A stretch of 64,000 bases of DNA, from positions 163,062,001-163,126,000 of the forward strand of contig NC_058368.1 in the NCBI RefSeq assembly GCF_018350175.1. Direction: 5' to 3'. Made by a program: the position numbers and the translations under genes. Shown here one piece after another: positions 51,601 to 64,000 of the stretch. The notes under the pieces are model-generated. The model saw only the letters and a program-made list of their open reading frames with translations, searched no databases and had not been told where the DNA came from. Source of the DNA: Felis catus. Taxonomy: Eukaryota. Each line of letters opens with the position of its first letter. The first letter of the stretch is position 1.

Positions 51601-53350
51601 TTTCACATCTCCAAAATACTTGAGTAATATGTCCCTTCATTGTAATTCTGACCTTGCATTTTACATAAATCCTTAACTTTGAGAAACTTTTACAATTTAG
51701 ACACCAACTTTCTCAATAAAGTTGACTGCTTAGCTCTTCTATGTGATTTCAGCAGCAACAAAAAGTCCCCTTGACTTCAAAAACAGTTCTCTTTGCTATG
51801 CTCATACCTAAAGCTCCTAAATTTTATCGAAGACAAAGGCATTTATTCTAGAATTACAGATAAATCCAAAAATATAAATCCCCCAGAGACAGATAGCACC
51901 ATGACTTCAATTCATACCAGGCTCTACATGACTGATAACAGACACTTTTCTTTGATGAATGGGCAGAGCAGGAGTGAGAGCACAAGGAAATGCAGAAATC
52001 TGGGCTGGGAAGAGGGTCTGCCGAGGGAGGAAAATGATTTTGAAATAAGGGACAAAGACAAAGACAAATTTCAACCACACAATTTTTCCTCTAGACCAGA
52101 TTCTGCAAAAAAAGATATGATTTACATCACAATGACTTTTTTAAAAAAACAACTTTGGCTTGATGGTGGTAGAGAATCCAGTTTAAAATATAGACTTGAC
52201 CATGGTGATATTTTCTGCTATTACTGATTAGCCCAGGGCATGTATACGATCAGAGATGGTATAATTAGAAATATGTCAGTGTCCACAGTGTGCTAGCCTC
52301 TGCCCACAGGTGTTGCTAGTAGGTAGATCCGTGTGTAACTTTAACATTCCTAATTTAGTGTTAGGAATTGGTATTTTCAGGCTTGTTTTCCCAATGGGTG
52401 GAGGAATGAATAATTGAACTATTGAGTGGAACTTACAGAGAAGCTACAGAAAATATTAAATATCAAGGTTTTCACACCAATCAGTGCTTTCAACCCCTTG
52501 CCCTCTGGAATGGCTAGGGCCTCCAGTGGATGCTCCGAAATTATTCTGGACCTACCAGTCAGTCAACCAAAGAAAGAAACCAAGAGAGCAAGAGGGTTTT
52601 GGGGGGTTTTGTTTTTTTTCTAAACCTAACATAAATGACTGTCTGCAATATGCTTCAGCCCAAAATACCTAATCCTCTACTTTAGTTAGGAGTGGTAGCC
52701 TGGTGGCAGAATATCAGATGATTTAAGCAAATTCTGAAAGCACTAAGCTGTCAGACTTGGGTATTTATGGTCTTTGATTGCAAACTTCGAAAGAACAAAG
52801 ACCATGTCATGTATATTCTGAACCAGCACTCTATGGATACTCAGGGAATATTAAACAATAACATTTTATTGTAGAAGGCCTTTAAATGTCCTCTCTGACA
52901 GTCAGGCCAGGCTCCTCAAATGGTATTGCATATTTTGGATTCATTCTGAAGCCAGAGCCTTCCTTGTGGTAAAGTGTTCTTCCTCGTACATCTCCCCTGA
53001 AGTTAATAAAACCCCAGACATCTTTCAGTAAAACAAAACTAAATATAATTTCTACCTAGAAGCTATCTCTGGTTATTCCAGTTTACCCTTAGAACTTTTT
53101 TTTTTGTAATTAAAGGCTGTATAATGATATGATACTTTGAACTCTTATGTTTCTTCCTTGTTTTAATCTTGATATTTCCTTTTCTTAGCTGTGCTACTGG
53201 TTCACTGTGGTAAGGATCATGTCCTGCCATTCTAATACCAATCCCATTCCCATTTATTCTTAGCCCTTGGCATGTGATTTTTTTTAAAGATATTTTTTAT
53301 TTATTAATTGAAAATCAGCTAAATTATTAAAATCCACACATATCAGCATT

Positions 53351-53688
53351 TGTTATGTTTGTGTCCCCTTTCCCAAATTTGTATGTTGAAGCCCGAATCC
53401 TTTATGTGACTGCAGTTGGAGATAGGGCTTTTGAGAAGGTGATAGAGGTCAAAGGGGGTCTTAGGTAGAGTCCTAACCTGGTGCCCTTATTAGAAGAAGA
53501 AAAGATACCAGAATTCTCTTTCTAGAAGGCAGCCATCTCCAGCCAGGAAGAGAGCTCTCACTAGAAACCAACTGTTCAGGACCTTGATGTGGGACTTCCA
53601 GCCTCCAGAACTGTGAAAATAAATGTCTATGTTCAATCGACCCAGTCCATGGTATTTTGTTACGGCAGCCCAAGCAGACTAATGAAAC
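53351..53688 (+). mobile_element. MaLR solo LTR (MLT1A/B-like)
   Basis: TGTGTCCCC..CAAATTTGTATGTTGAAG...GGACTTCCAGCCTCCAGAACTGTGAAAATAAAT...GGTATTTTGTTACGGCAGCCCAAGCAGACTAA. Confidence 0.85.
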
Positions 53689-54099
53689 AGTTAAACTGTT
53701 TTAAGGAAGTTCATTATGCATGTTTTCAATTTCAAGAAAGAACTATATTCAAAGCCATCAGAAATCAATTATCTGGTTAAGTGTACAAAGAAAGAAAACC
53801 TTTGGGCAATTATGGTTAAGAAACTTTGCCTTTCACCTTGAGTAGTGTAGTGCCAATTTTAGGAAAAGATCATGAAAAGAACCAGAAAAATTCCTTATAC
53901 ATTTACGAAGGTAAACAAAGTCAAAACAAACATCTAAAAAACAAAACCACTAATTATAAAGTAATAAAATCTACATGACATTTATATAAATTTAAAAAAT
54001 AATTTTATAAAAAGCTTTCAGAGGAAGTACTTCTCAAATGTTGGCATTAATTTAAAAAATGGGAGATGGTCTTAAAAGGCCCAACTCAACAGTCTTTTG

Positions 54100-54118
54100 T
54101 AACCAGTAGGGGGCAGCA
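54100..54118 (+). promoter_or_regulatory. CTCF core motif
   Basis: CCAGTAGGGGGCAGC (54103-54117) matches CCASYAGRKGGCRSY at every position. Confidence 0.6.
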
Positions 54119-57100
54119 AGGCACCCCAGATCCCTCAGTGTCTGAAACTTGAGGGAGTCTTGCCAGGTTGGCCAAGAAATTGTCCAGGGGAGCAACAGGA
54201 GGCAGGGCAAGCAACAGATATGCAGAAATAAAGAAGCCAGAAAGTTGGGATAAGGCATTAGAAAAAAGAGATGGTAGAAATACCTAAGTCAAAATTACCT
54301 GGACACCAATGCAGAGCTTTGAATTAGAACTGAGAATATGTATGCTTCTAGAAATCAGTATGTGTCAGCACTTCCTTAATACCCCTACCAAATTCACCAA
54401 AATAATACAGAATGTTTGGGATGATCCTGCCCTAATTTCTCAGAGTTTAAATCTGAGCACTCTTCCTTTCTCTTGTACTCATTGCCTTTAAGCCTGCGCA
54501 GGAAGTAGGCTCTACAACATTTTGAATGGTTCAGTGGTCTAGGATGAAGGGTAGGTTCACTATTTCTCCCCCAGGAAAAGAGAAGAGAGACTTTCAGCAC
54601 TGCATAACTGTAGAAAAAAACCAGTTTGTTCCAAAACTAGACTACCCTTTGCCTAACAGAATATGCCCAGAGAATTAGGCCCTGGAAGAAATTAAGCTAA
54701 ATCTAAAAGATCTCAGGTAATGTCAAAATTTAGAATTGTTAAATTCCTTACCACTTTCCCTATACTAATATGGCACCTTTTTTGTAGTTACTATGCATTT
54801 GATAAACACAAAGAAAGTTGATAAATTGCTTGCTGGTTAGTTGAAAAGATTGTGAGAAAATAGATAAATTTTCTCAGCCACAAACTAAGAGCTTAGTTTT
54901 CCCAACTTGCTGAAGTAACTTCACAATGTTTCTGTGAGAAATGTTTCAGTAATGAAAAGATTATAGAGATCCAGAAGGAAAAGGAGCAGTGCTTTTTTTC
55001 TGATGAATGTGACTTCCTTGCTCTTTCTCCACTAAGCAAATTCCATGTTGGTCATAGCAGAAGGATTAACTTCCACTGAGGACCATGATACAAAAAAGAA
55101 AGCGGAGTAGGAAAAGAAAGGGGGAAGGGGAGGAGGAAGAAGAAAAGGCAAACCAACAAACAAATAAGATGCAGTACATATCACCACATCTGTCAGGCAT
55201 GAATATTGGTACTAAATTTTCAGAAATGAAAGCTTATACATATTCCACCCTTTTCTGGCCTCTGACTATCTTAGTCTCAGAAACATGAACGAACTCTTCT
55301 GTTGGGATTAAGGAAAAAAAATTTCCCCTCAAGACTTGACTTCAGCCTGCAGTGAATTTTTATGATCAAGTTATTAACCCCTGAAAAATGGGATTTATAA
55401 TGGAAATACCAATAGATTCTTAATGGTAGCTGTGCTGGCAGGCACCTATATATTAGCCTTAATAATGTCATATTATAAAACCAAAGTGATTGAAAACCTA
55501 CTAAGTTACACTTAAGGAATCCCTGCTTCAGTAGTTTTTGATATGTCCCTCATGTGAATGATTTTCCAGGCTGTTCTGAAGACTAGCGTCCTATATTTTT
55601 GACAATTAGAGTTGCAAAATCATATAGGACTTTGTGAACATCGTAAACTTAGAACGGCATATTTATTTCTGAATGGCTCGAGACTCTGTGGTCCTTTTCT
55701 ATTTAGGAAATTTACCTGCATAAAAATCTTGAGTTCTCCAGCCATGAATTCTATAGCCTGAGGCCTTTCTTCTTTTCCTTCCATTTTTATACATTTTATT
55801 CTTATTTCTAGTGGCTCATTGCACAGCTGAAGGGGATAACAATGTAATTTCATGAGCAGTGACCAAAAAGAAAAAAAAAAAATCCTTGACTTGGGTGGAT
55901 AAGCAGACTCTCCACACTGTTAGTAGAACTACAGCTGGATGCCAGACTTTCATTGGCTTAATCTCGTTATATAACCTATTCCCTGCAACTGTCTTCTGTT
56001 ATGGCCTGTTTTATGTGACCTGACAGCGCATATACAGATGTAGCAGTAAATACATGCTGCCAATGCTTAAACAAAAATTTTCCCTATCATCATGTTTATC
56101 AGGATAAATGTGTTGCCAGATATATTCTTCTTCCTGAGTTGATATAAGCAGAGCATGGCAAATGTCATCTCTCCCTCCTCAAGGGGCTCTTCTGAAGATC
56201 TCATTTGGCATTTGAAAACATTGAACACGGTTGAATAGATCCAGATGCATTCTCTAACAGAAGTTACAGAAACATGGAGGCAACTTTATCCTGCCAATAA
56301 TTGTATTATTTCAGGGCTATTCTGACATGGAGCAGGAAATTCAAAGCACTTTTGCCCTGAACCAACTGTAGCACACAGCACAACAAGGAAAGTCAAATCA
56401 GTCAGAGAAAGTTTTGAAATCCTATGCTTTATGGCCTTTGGGATGTGGGAAGCTGTTTTCCTGCATTTTTCAAGAACAATTAGAAAAAAATCATGTAAAC
56501 ATCATAGATTTAGATTTGTGTGCGTGTGTGTGTGTGTGTACACACAGATATATAAATACAACAGCAATAGTACCAGTACATTTATGCATCTCCATTACAA
56601 ATACTATCCTAAACAGAATTTGCATGGATGGAGTTTTCCCTTAGCCTTTATAAGCCACTGGGAACAATGCAAGAATTTCAAGTAACCACCCAGCTTTCCA
56701 TTTTCCATCACTGAAAAGCTTACCCTTTGCGTGCAAATCTCTCGCTGTGGCTGACGGCTGTAAGCCCATTATATTTCAACTGCCATCTGGCAGCAGAGAT
56801 TCAATCCATTGCTTCAATCACAGTGGCCTGTCTTCTCTAGCTCTGGGAATTGCACTAAAGTGTGTGATTTAAATGTCTTCACTGTCAAATTATTGTTGTT
56901 TAGTTCATCAAGATAAATTTAAAAAAAAAACATGGGGAAAAATATGCCCTAAAGAGTATCATTTGTTGTAGGGAAGAAAGTATTTGAAAACCAACAGTTG
57001 CTGAGAGACCTCAAATTAGTTTTATTCATAATGCTAGGTTTGCTAAGTGTGAGGTAACAGAATAATAATTACCAAATAAGCCAAATGCTTAATGTATAAA

Positions 57101-57587
57101 AGGCCCAATTCAAACATTTGGGTGGAAAAATGTAGTGTTTTAAATAATTAGAAGTTTATAAAATCTTTGCCTTCTTGCTCACCACCCTCCCAAGATCATT
57201 TCTAATTCATTTTGCAGTACATTTGCCAGGCGATTGTTCTTTACCAGGCACTGTGAGAGGTAGTGGGAATAGAAAGATAAATAAGACATGGTCCTTGCCT
57301 TCTAGACACTAGTAAAAGTAAGAGAACAGCCTTTGATTTATGACTTACTAAAAGTCACTTCTTTGTCACAAAAGAAAACACAGCTGACAGTGGCAAACTG
57401 GGGAAAACATGGCTGCCAACTTCGCATAATCATGCCTGGCTTTTGCTAGGTTTCCCTGCACACCACGGCATATACTACCAGAGGATGCCTACAGTTGTTC
57501 TCAACTTTTTATTTACACAGATGTGCCTACGTGATGTGACACGTCCTTATCAGCAATTGTAACTCACTTGGCCAGTAGTCTTCTTCC

Positions 57588-57618
57588 TTTATTTTTTTAA
57601 ATGTATCTTTATTTATTT

Positions 57619-57701
<83 letters not shown>

Positions 57702-57876
57702 CGCACATGTGCATGTGAGCAGGTGAATGGCAAAAAGAGACAGAATCCCTAGCAGGCTTAGCACTGTCATTGCAGGGCCCAATGCAGGGCTCAATTCCAC
57801 AAAAGAAACTGTGAGATCACGACCTGAGCAGAAATCAAGCATCTGATGCTTAACTGACTGAGCCACCCAGGTACCC
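57588..57876 (-). mobile_element. CAN-SINE, older subfamily, with an expanded (GA)n tract at about 57621-57702
   Basis: Reverse SINE ending TAACTGACTGAGCCACCCAGGTACCC. Confidence 0.92.
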
Positions 57877-58839
57877 TGGCAGTAATTTTCAATGGTAGCA
57901 ATGGGAGAGTGTCCACAAAACTGTTTAAAAAAGCCTACAGCTGGTTTTGATTGTGCACTTAATCCCTGCCTTGAGAATGGGTGCTCTACCATGTAGAATT
58001 GAACAGTGCAAGGCAGATGAGTTTCCATGTGTGTCCCTTGTGTAACTAAGAAAGACAATTGAGAAGCTAACCAAGAGCTTCATGTATAAATTGGCCCCCT
58101 TCACCCTCTCCCCTCCAGGGAACACAGGCTTTCTATTTATGCAGAGCAGTTTCTCTCTCTTACCTGCTCACATTACTGTAAGTTCTTTGGCTCCATATTT
58201 TTCTAGGCTTCACTGCAAACAATACAATTTTCAGATTTGGGATTTGTATATTCTTATTCCACTTTTGGGAGAAATCCAACAGAATATCTAGTAAAGCCCA
58301 GGACCCCTAAGTTTACATGAGCCAGGTCTCCTGGGCTAGTCAGAGAATGAGACTCACTCAGACATTACTATAAAATGGAAGTTTGGATAAATTAGATTAA
58401 ACATACAGAAGAAGGATTGGAAAAAAAATCAAAGGGCAGAAGCTATCATAAGTTACTGTATTTAAGTTATGAAATTCTGATCTCCCCATTGGAGCAGAGA
58501 CAGAAAAGAAAGAAAAAAAAACAAGTGCATTAAAGGTTCTCACAAAGGATATTGGTTGACAGAAGGATTTCCAAGAGATAAATCCTGTTCCTAATTCTGC
58601 TCCACAGTAGAGCTACAGGGAGAGTGGATCATTTCACTTCAAAACTCTTCCATAGTTCCCATCATCTGCAAAATGACAGCCAACCAGCCAGTCTAATCAA
58701 TGAGGGGACAGGTGGCAGTGCATGTCCTGAGCCCATTTGTCTGCTCCTGTCATAGCTCTGCCCCATGTCCATCTATATCTGGCTAAGTCAAATCGCTTGC
58801 TAATCTGTGCACCACAGCCCTCTCCTCCCATGCCCCATG

Positions 58840-59170
58840 CTGTTTTCTCCTTCCACGCTTTGGCTCCTGCTATTCTGTCTGATAGAAATCCCCTCTTCAC
58901 CTTCCTTGGTCTAGCTGGACCAAGGTTTTTCTACTCTTCAAGACTTCCTCTGGTCATCTCCTCTGGGAAGCACCCTGTTTTCCCAGTTTGGCTGAAGACC
59001 TCCTTCTTTATATTCCCACAGCATCCAAGTGAATCTATGTCTTACCTCCTACTATATTTATATTTAAGTCATCTGTTTATGTGCACATTTCTTCATCTAG
59101 ACTGTCAGTTCTTCAAAGCTAGTAAGCTAAGTGCAATGCCTGGAGTGTAATAGACTTCAAATAAGTTGGT
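58840..59170 (+). mobile_element. L2 3' relic
   Basis: CATCTCCTCTGGGAAGC...CTAGACTGTCAGTTCTTCAAAG...AATGCCTGGAGTGTAATAGACTTCAAATAA. Confidence 0.55.
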
Positions 59171-59359
59171 CTTTTGTTTGTATACTAAACTTAAAAGCAA
59201 GCATTAAGGGAAAAATCTTGTGTGGATAAGATAACGTTGAGCATATTAATGAAATTCTATATAATTACATTTCCAGAAAACATAAAAATACAAAATGAAA
59301 TATCAGAGCTGAAGATTCTCAAACTTGTATACCACACACCCATGACTGTCGTCATCACT

Positions 59360-59530
59360 GGACTAGGGGTTAAGAGTCTATCTGGAGACTGCTCACTGAT
59401 TTCACCTGTTCCACCAACTGCCTCGAGTAAGTTACTGAGCTACTTTTGCCTCAGTTCCTCAACTGTGAAATGGGGGCAATAATTGCATCATTGTGAGTCT
59501 TAAAACAAGACAGTATATGTAAAACACTTC
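59360..59530 (+). mobile_element. MIR
   Basis: AAGTTACTGAGCTACTTTTGCCTCAGTTCCTCAACTGTGAAATGGGG. Confidence 0.65.
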
Positions 59531-59619
59531 TTAAAACTTATTACGATCACTGTTGCAGCCTTTTACCTCCCTTACCATATAGTTTTCCTCATGTGTTATT
59601 TCCATCCATTGTAGCAACC

Positions 59620-59830
59620 ATCTACTGAGTAATAAAACAAACTGCAAAAATTACTACTGCAAAAATCCTCACAGCACGGTAATGGAAGTATTGTTAGCTG
59701 CCATTTTATGGATGGTGATATTAAAGCTCAGATAGATGAAATATATTACTCATAGTCACACCATTAGTATGTGGTGGATCCAGAAAATAAAGCCAAAACT
59801 AGCCAACTGTAAGACCAGTACTTTTTCACA
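59620..59830 (-). mobile_element. MIR
   Basis: AATCCTCACAGCA...CCATTTTATGGATGGTGATATTAAAGCTCAGA...GTCACAC. Confidence 0.55.
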
Positions 59831-59895
59831 ACACCAAGATGCTTTCTCAACACCTCAGGAAAAACAGAATTGTGGAGCTTTTATAAGTTCATTGT

Positions 59896-60118
59896 GGGGC
59901 GCCTAGGTGGCGCAGTCGGTTAAGCGTCCGACTTCAGCCAGGTCACGATCTCGCGGTCCGTGAGTTCCAGCCCCGCGTCAGGCTCTGGGCTGATGGCTCA
60001 GAGCCTGGAGCCTGCTTCCGATTCTGTGTCTCCCTCTCTCTCTGCCCCTCCCCCGTTCATGCTCTGTCTCTCTCTGTCCCAAAAATAAATAAACGTTGAA
60101 AAAAAAATTAAAAAAAAA
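59896..60118 (+). mobile_element. Very young CAN-SINE (SINEC_Fc-type)
   Basis: CpGs largely intact and a long A tail. Perfect 13-bp TSD ATAAGTTCATTGT at 59883-59895 and 60119-60131. Confidence 0.97.
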
Positions 60119-60202
60119 ATAAGTTCATTGTTCCTCTAGAATGTTCCTCAAGTGATCTAGAAAAATTACCTACCCTCTCACTTTCTAAAGCCTGACAGTC
60201 AT

Positions 60203-60411
60203 GGGGCGCCTGGGTGGCTCAGTCAGTTAAGCATCCAACTTCGGTTCAGGTCATGATCTCACAGTCCATGAGTTTGAGCCCTGTGTCAGACTCTGTGCTC
60301 ACAGCTTGGAGCCTGGAGACTCTTTCAGATTCTGTGTCTCCCTCTCTCTCTGCTCCTCCCCCGTTCATGCTCTGTCTTTCTTAGTCTCAAAATAAACATT
60401 AAAAAAAATTT
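60203..60411 (+). mobile_element. CAN-SINE
   Basis: TSD GCCTGACAGTC(A/G)T at 60190-60202 and 60415-60427. Confidence 0.95.
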
Positions 60412-61024
60412 AATGCCTGACAGTCGTTAAACAGGCAACAACATATTTAGTTCCACGGTCAGAAGTCAAACAAAAAAAGAGAGACTATTCCTGAGAAGTA
60501 ACGTGTTAATATTCACACTAAAGTGTTAATGACAAATATGAAGCCCTTTCCTAAGAGCCATATTAGTATAAAGCATCAAAGGAATGAGGTAAGTGTACAA
60601 AATTACTTTACTACTTAAAGCAGAAGAAAGTGAAAGTCAATTTTTAATATCAAAGTAGTTGTTTTTTTAACCTGTTGGGGAGATTATTTCTGATGATTTG
60701 CTGGAAGCTATGAAAACCTTTTCAGAAATATGCTCAACAGCATACATACTCATTCATTACAACTTTTGAATGTCTTGTCAGGAGATTCACAACTCACAAA
60801 GCTCAAACCTAGATTTCCCCACAAAAATCTCTGGCTGGGGTCCAGTGATGCCAACACAAAGATTTTGCAGGAGAGACCAATATGGGGAAAGGAAGGATTT
60901 AAAAATATCAAGGAGGCCAATACAAGCTATTTCCACACCTCATAGACTTACTACACTCCCTTCTATTAATTTTGAGATGCCCCCAAGTTTTCCACATTAT
61001 CTTCAGTTTAAGAACCAATGGCTT

Positions 61025-61602
61025 GACAGTCTACAGCATGGGGAAAGATATTTGCAAATGATATATCTCAGAAAGGATTAGTATACAAAATCTATAAAGA
61101 ATTTATCAAACTCAAGATCCAACAAATAATCCAGTTAAGAAATGGGCAGAATAGACATGAATAGACATTTTTCCAAAGAAGACATACAGATGACTAACAG
61201 GCACAGGAAAAGATGCTCAACATCACTCATCATCAGGGAAATACAAATCGAAATCACAATGAGATACCACCTTACACTTGCAAGAATGGCTAAAATTAAC
61301 AACACAGGAAACAACAGATGCTGGTGAGGATACAGAGAAAGGGGAACCTTCTTACATTGTTAGTAGGAACGTACACTGGTGCAGCCACTCTGGAGAACAG
61401 TATAGAGGTTCTGCAAAAAGTTAAAAATAGAACTATCCTTTGATGCAGCAATTGCACTAGTAGGTATTTACCCAAAAGATACAAAAATGCTGATTCAAAG
61501 GGGCACATGCACCTCAATGTTTATAGCAGTACTATCAATAATAGTCACATTATGGAAAGAGCCCAAATGTCCATTGACTGATGAATGGATAAAAAAATGT
61601 GT

Positions 61603-61637
<35 letters not shown>

Positions 61638-62032
61638 TGGAATATCACTCAGCCATCAAAAAGAATGAAACTTGCCGTTTGCAATGATGTGAATGGAACT
61701 AGAGTGTATTATGCTAAGTAAAATAAGTCAGTCAGAGTAAGACAAATACCATATGTGGAACTTAAGAAACAAAGCAGATGAACATATGGAAAGGGAAAGA
61801 AAAGAGAGAGAGAGTGAAACAAACCATGACAGACTCTCAATGATAGAGAGCTAACTGAAGGTTGATGGAGGGAGGTGGGTGGGGATGGGCTAGATGGGTG
61901 ATGGGTAATAAAGAAGACACTTCTTGTGATGAGCACTGGGTGTTATACATAAGTGATGAATCACTAAATTCTACTCCTGAAACCAATATTACATTATATG
62001 TTAACTAAAATTTAAATGAAAATTTAAAAAAA
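61025..62032 (+). mobile_element. 5'-truncated carnivore L1 (about 1 kb: ORF2 C-terminus and 3'UTR, disrupted)
   Basis: Frame fragments [37 protein letters not shown] and CTSMFIA...WKEPKCP.TDEWIKK, ending in poly-A. Degenerate TSD AAGAAC(C/T)AATGG at 61010 and 62033. Confidence 0.95.
61605..61637. repeat. (CA)n microsatellite inside the L1
   Basis: Read directly. Confidence 0.95.
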
Positions 62033-64000
62033 AAGAACTAATGGTCTGAAACATTAAACAATATGCACCTCCTGAAACCCTTAGCATTCATTTCATCATG
62101 CTCTAAAATGTAGGGTAGAATTTGTTTTAAACAAGGCTTTCTTGACCACGTGTAACACATTCTGATGAAGCTAAAGAAAGGGAGTATAGCATTAGATTTG
62201 GGGGTTATACAAATATTAATTGCCTAGAAAATATGAGAGGAGCATCAGGGGTCTCTCAGGTGCAAAGGAGCCCGTTTCCTCTCATCATGAGCCTCCTTTC
62301 CCTTTCTCTCCTCCTTCAGCCCAGACTCAGTATGCACTTGCTGCATATTGCCATCCATGAAGGACAAATGACTCACTCTTTTATACTTGTCTGTTCACTA
62401 TGAATTCTGAGAAAGATCTACATTTATGCATTCATTCCATTGGGCAAGCTGAGCACATGTGCTGTTAGAAGTTGCTGCTAGCCTCTTTCCATATGGTCTT
62501 GCTTACAGACTTCAAAACTGAATAGACTGAGACAGAAACTACTCAACATTTGAATATCAGATCATGATGCTTGTCTAGGGAGCCCCATTGAGGGTTATGG
62601 TGAAGCCACTGATTCCAAATATAGCATTATTTTTCATTTGGCTTTCATGCATACCCTTAGCTTAGCCCCCAAGAACTGTTTTACAAGCTGTTACAAACAT
62701 GGTAACCAGAGCCCAGGCTGTAGGAAAAAGAATGCTAACCATGTGGTGATTCTGCGGCACAATTTTGCAATCTTCAAATCGCAATAAATAGGGTTGCTTC
62801 CTTCCTATTAAGCATTCGTGACTTTGCTGGGAACCAAAAGACAGATGGACAGAAATGTAAGAAGCAATGTAGTCAATGAATAAATGGAATGGCATCAAAA
62901 CGTGTGCTAGAATTTTGCTTGTGAAGAACATTTAGATGAAGTACTTACAATGTCACAAAAATAATGCCCCCCAATTTAAAAAAAAATCACAGTTCAAAAA
63001 ACTATAGCAACCTGTCAATGAAAGAAATACCAAGCAGATGTTTTCCTTATTTCCAAATATATTTAGAATTCTGAGGGAAAACCACAAAGGGTGTTTTTAT
63101 TATGCACCTGTCGTGGTCAACATCTGGCACTAGCTCTCGCCAATCCATCAACCCTGCAATGTTGTGTCTCCTTCCAGCTCACAGGGAGACTGTAAATAAA
63201 CTCACAGTGCAGAGTACGGCTTTTCCTTTTCCCTTTTCTTTATTTCTCCTTTCTTTTTCTTTTTCTTGTCGTTATTTGTGTGTCTGTGTGTTTGTTTTTC
63301 ATAGCAAGAAGGGAGCAGCACAGAAAACAGAAAAAGTCTATTTGTGCCATCTATAAACTGTATAGTATACAGGCCTCCTAAAGAAGGAATTACAAATGTA
63401 GTAGGATGAGAGAATTTAAATTCTTTTTAAGAAAAAAAGGAGTTGTCTGGTATCTGCCAATCTTCTATTCTTTCGTTCATTTAACAACTACTTTTCACTA
63501 CTCGGACATAGTACGTAACACAGTGCATTAAGGCCAAATTAAAAATACACTTGCACAATGAAAAGTCCTTGCTCTCATGCAAGACAGGCCATACACTCAA
63601 AGAACTATTATAAAAGTCTGTAAGTGAGGGGTCAAGACCTAATGCTGATCTTATTTACGAGACTTTTATTTATGTAAACTGGGAGGAACATTTTCAGGCC
63701 CTGGCACAGGAAACAGGAGAAAACTTTCTATCAGTTATTTCATGAAAAGAGAGAGAGAGAGATCAAATTCCATTACGAAGAGCATAGTTACCATCTAAAT
63801 TATTTTGTTATTTTTAGATTTTGGATAAGTGGGTCATTGACTAAAGATTGGAAGTTTGTTTTTGTAAAAGAAGTATTTTATTCATCACTTGTTATGCTGG
63901 ATTTTTTTTGCATAACAGATTCTTTTGAGCCACTTTTTTTTCTTGTCTAAAAATCTTACTGGAAATGTCAGGTAGGTAAACAGACAAGACTTGCATTAAT

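Noticed and set aside
51793..52227. 144-aa ORF, the longest outside obvious repeats
   Set aside because: It has a TTG start, no recognisable domain and no clear exon boundaries, and its length is compatible with chance.
57527..58058. 149-aa and 68-aa ORFs with LSLSLS runs; similar ORFs at 8328, 22438, 23677, 29706, 41294 and 48508
   Set aside because: They are translations of CAN-SINE bodies and (CT)n/(GA)n tracts.
61025..62032. L1 ORF2 as a functional CDS
   Set aside because: It is only the C-terminal fragment, broken by stops and frameshifts, and 5'-truncated.
1..64000. A novel multi-gene system, CRISPR array, operon or prophage
   Set aside because: This is mammalian repeat-rich DNA with no long ORFs and no regularly spaced repeat-spacer array. 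The recurring ~220-bp repeats are dispersed SINEs with TSDs.

Overview
This is AT-rich, repeat-dense, non-coding mammalian DNA from a carnivoran, most likely a felid. The taxon call rests on 16 tRNA-derived CAN-SINEs (cat SINEC_Fc-type), most with readable target-site duplications (TSDs), and on carnivore-type L1 3' ends. The window also holds an ERV1-type solo LTR (444-1152), MaLR/ERVL LTRs, MER5A and MER94 DNA transposons, and ancient L1M, MIR and L2 relics. I found no CpG island, RNA gene or protein-coding exon that I can support. The ORF track is explained by SINE/L1/LTR sequence and chance, so the window is probably intergenic or deep-intronic, and I cannot name a host gene. I found no evidence for a new biological system. 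The most notable structures are: a twin-primed (5'-inverted) L1 nested in a MER5A; a second L1 ending in a fold-back at the same L1 position; a possible L1 3' transduction; two very young SINEs that may be polymorphic; a closely spaced inverted SINE pair; a tandem pair of RFX X-boxes; and a consensus CTCF site. Repeat family names come from my recall of consensus sequences rather than a database search, and the boundaries of old repeats are approximate.
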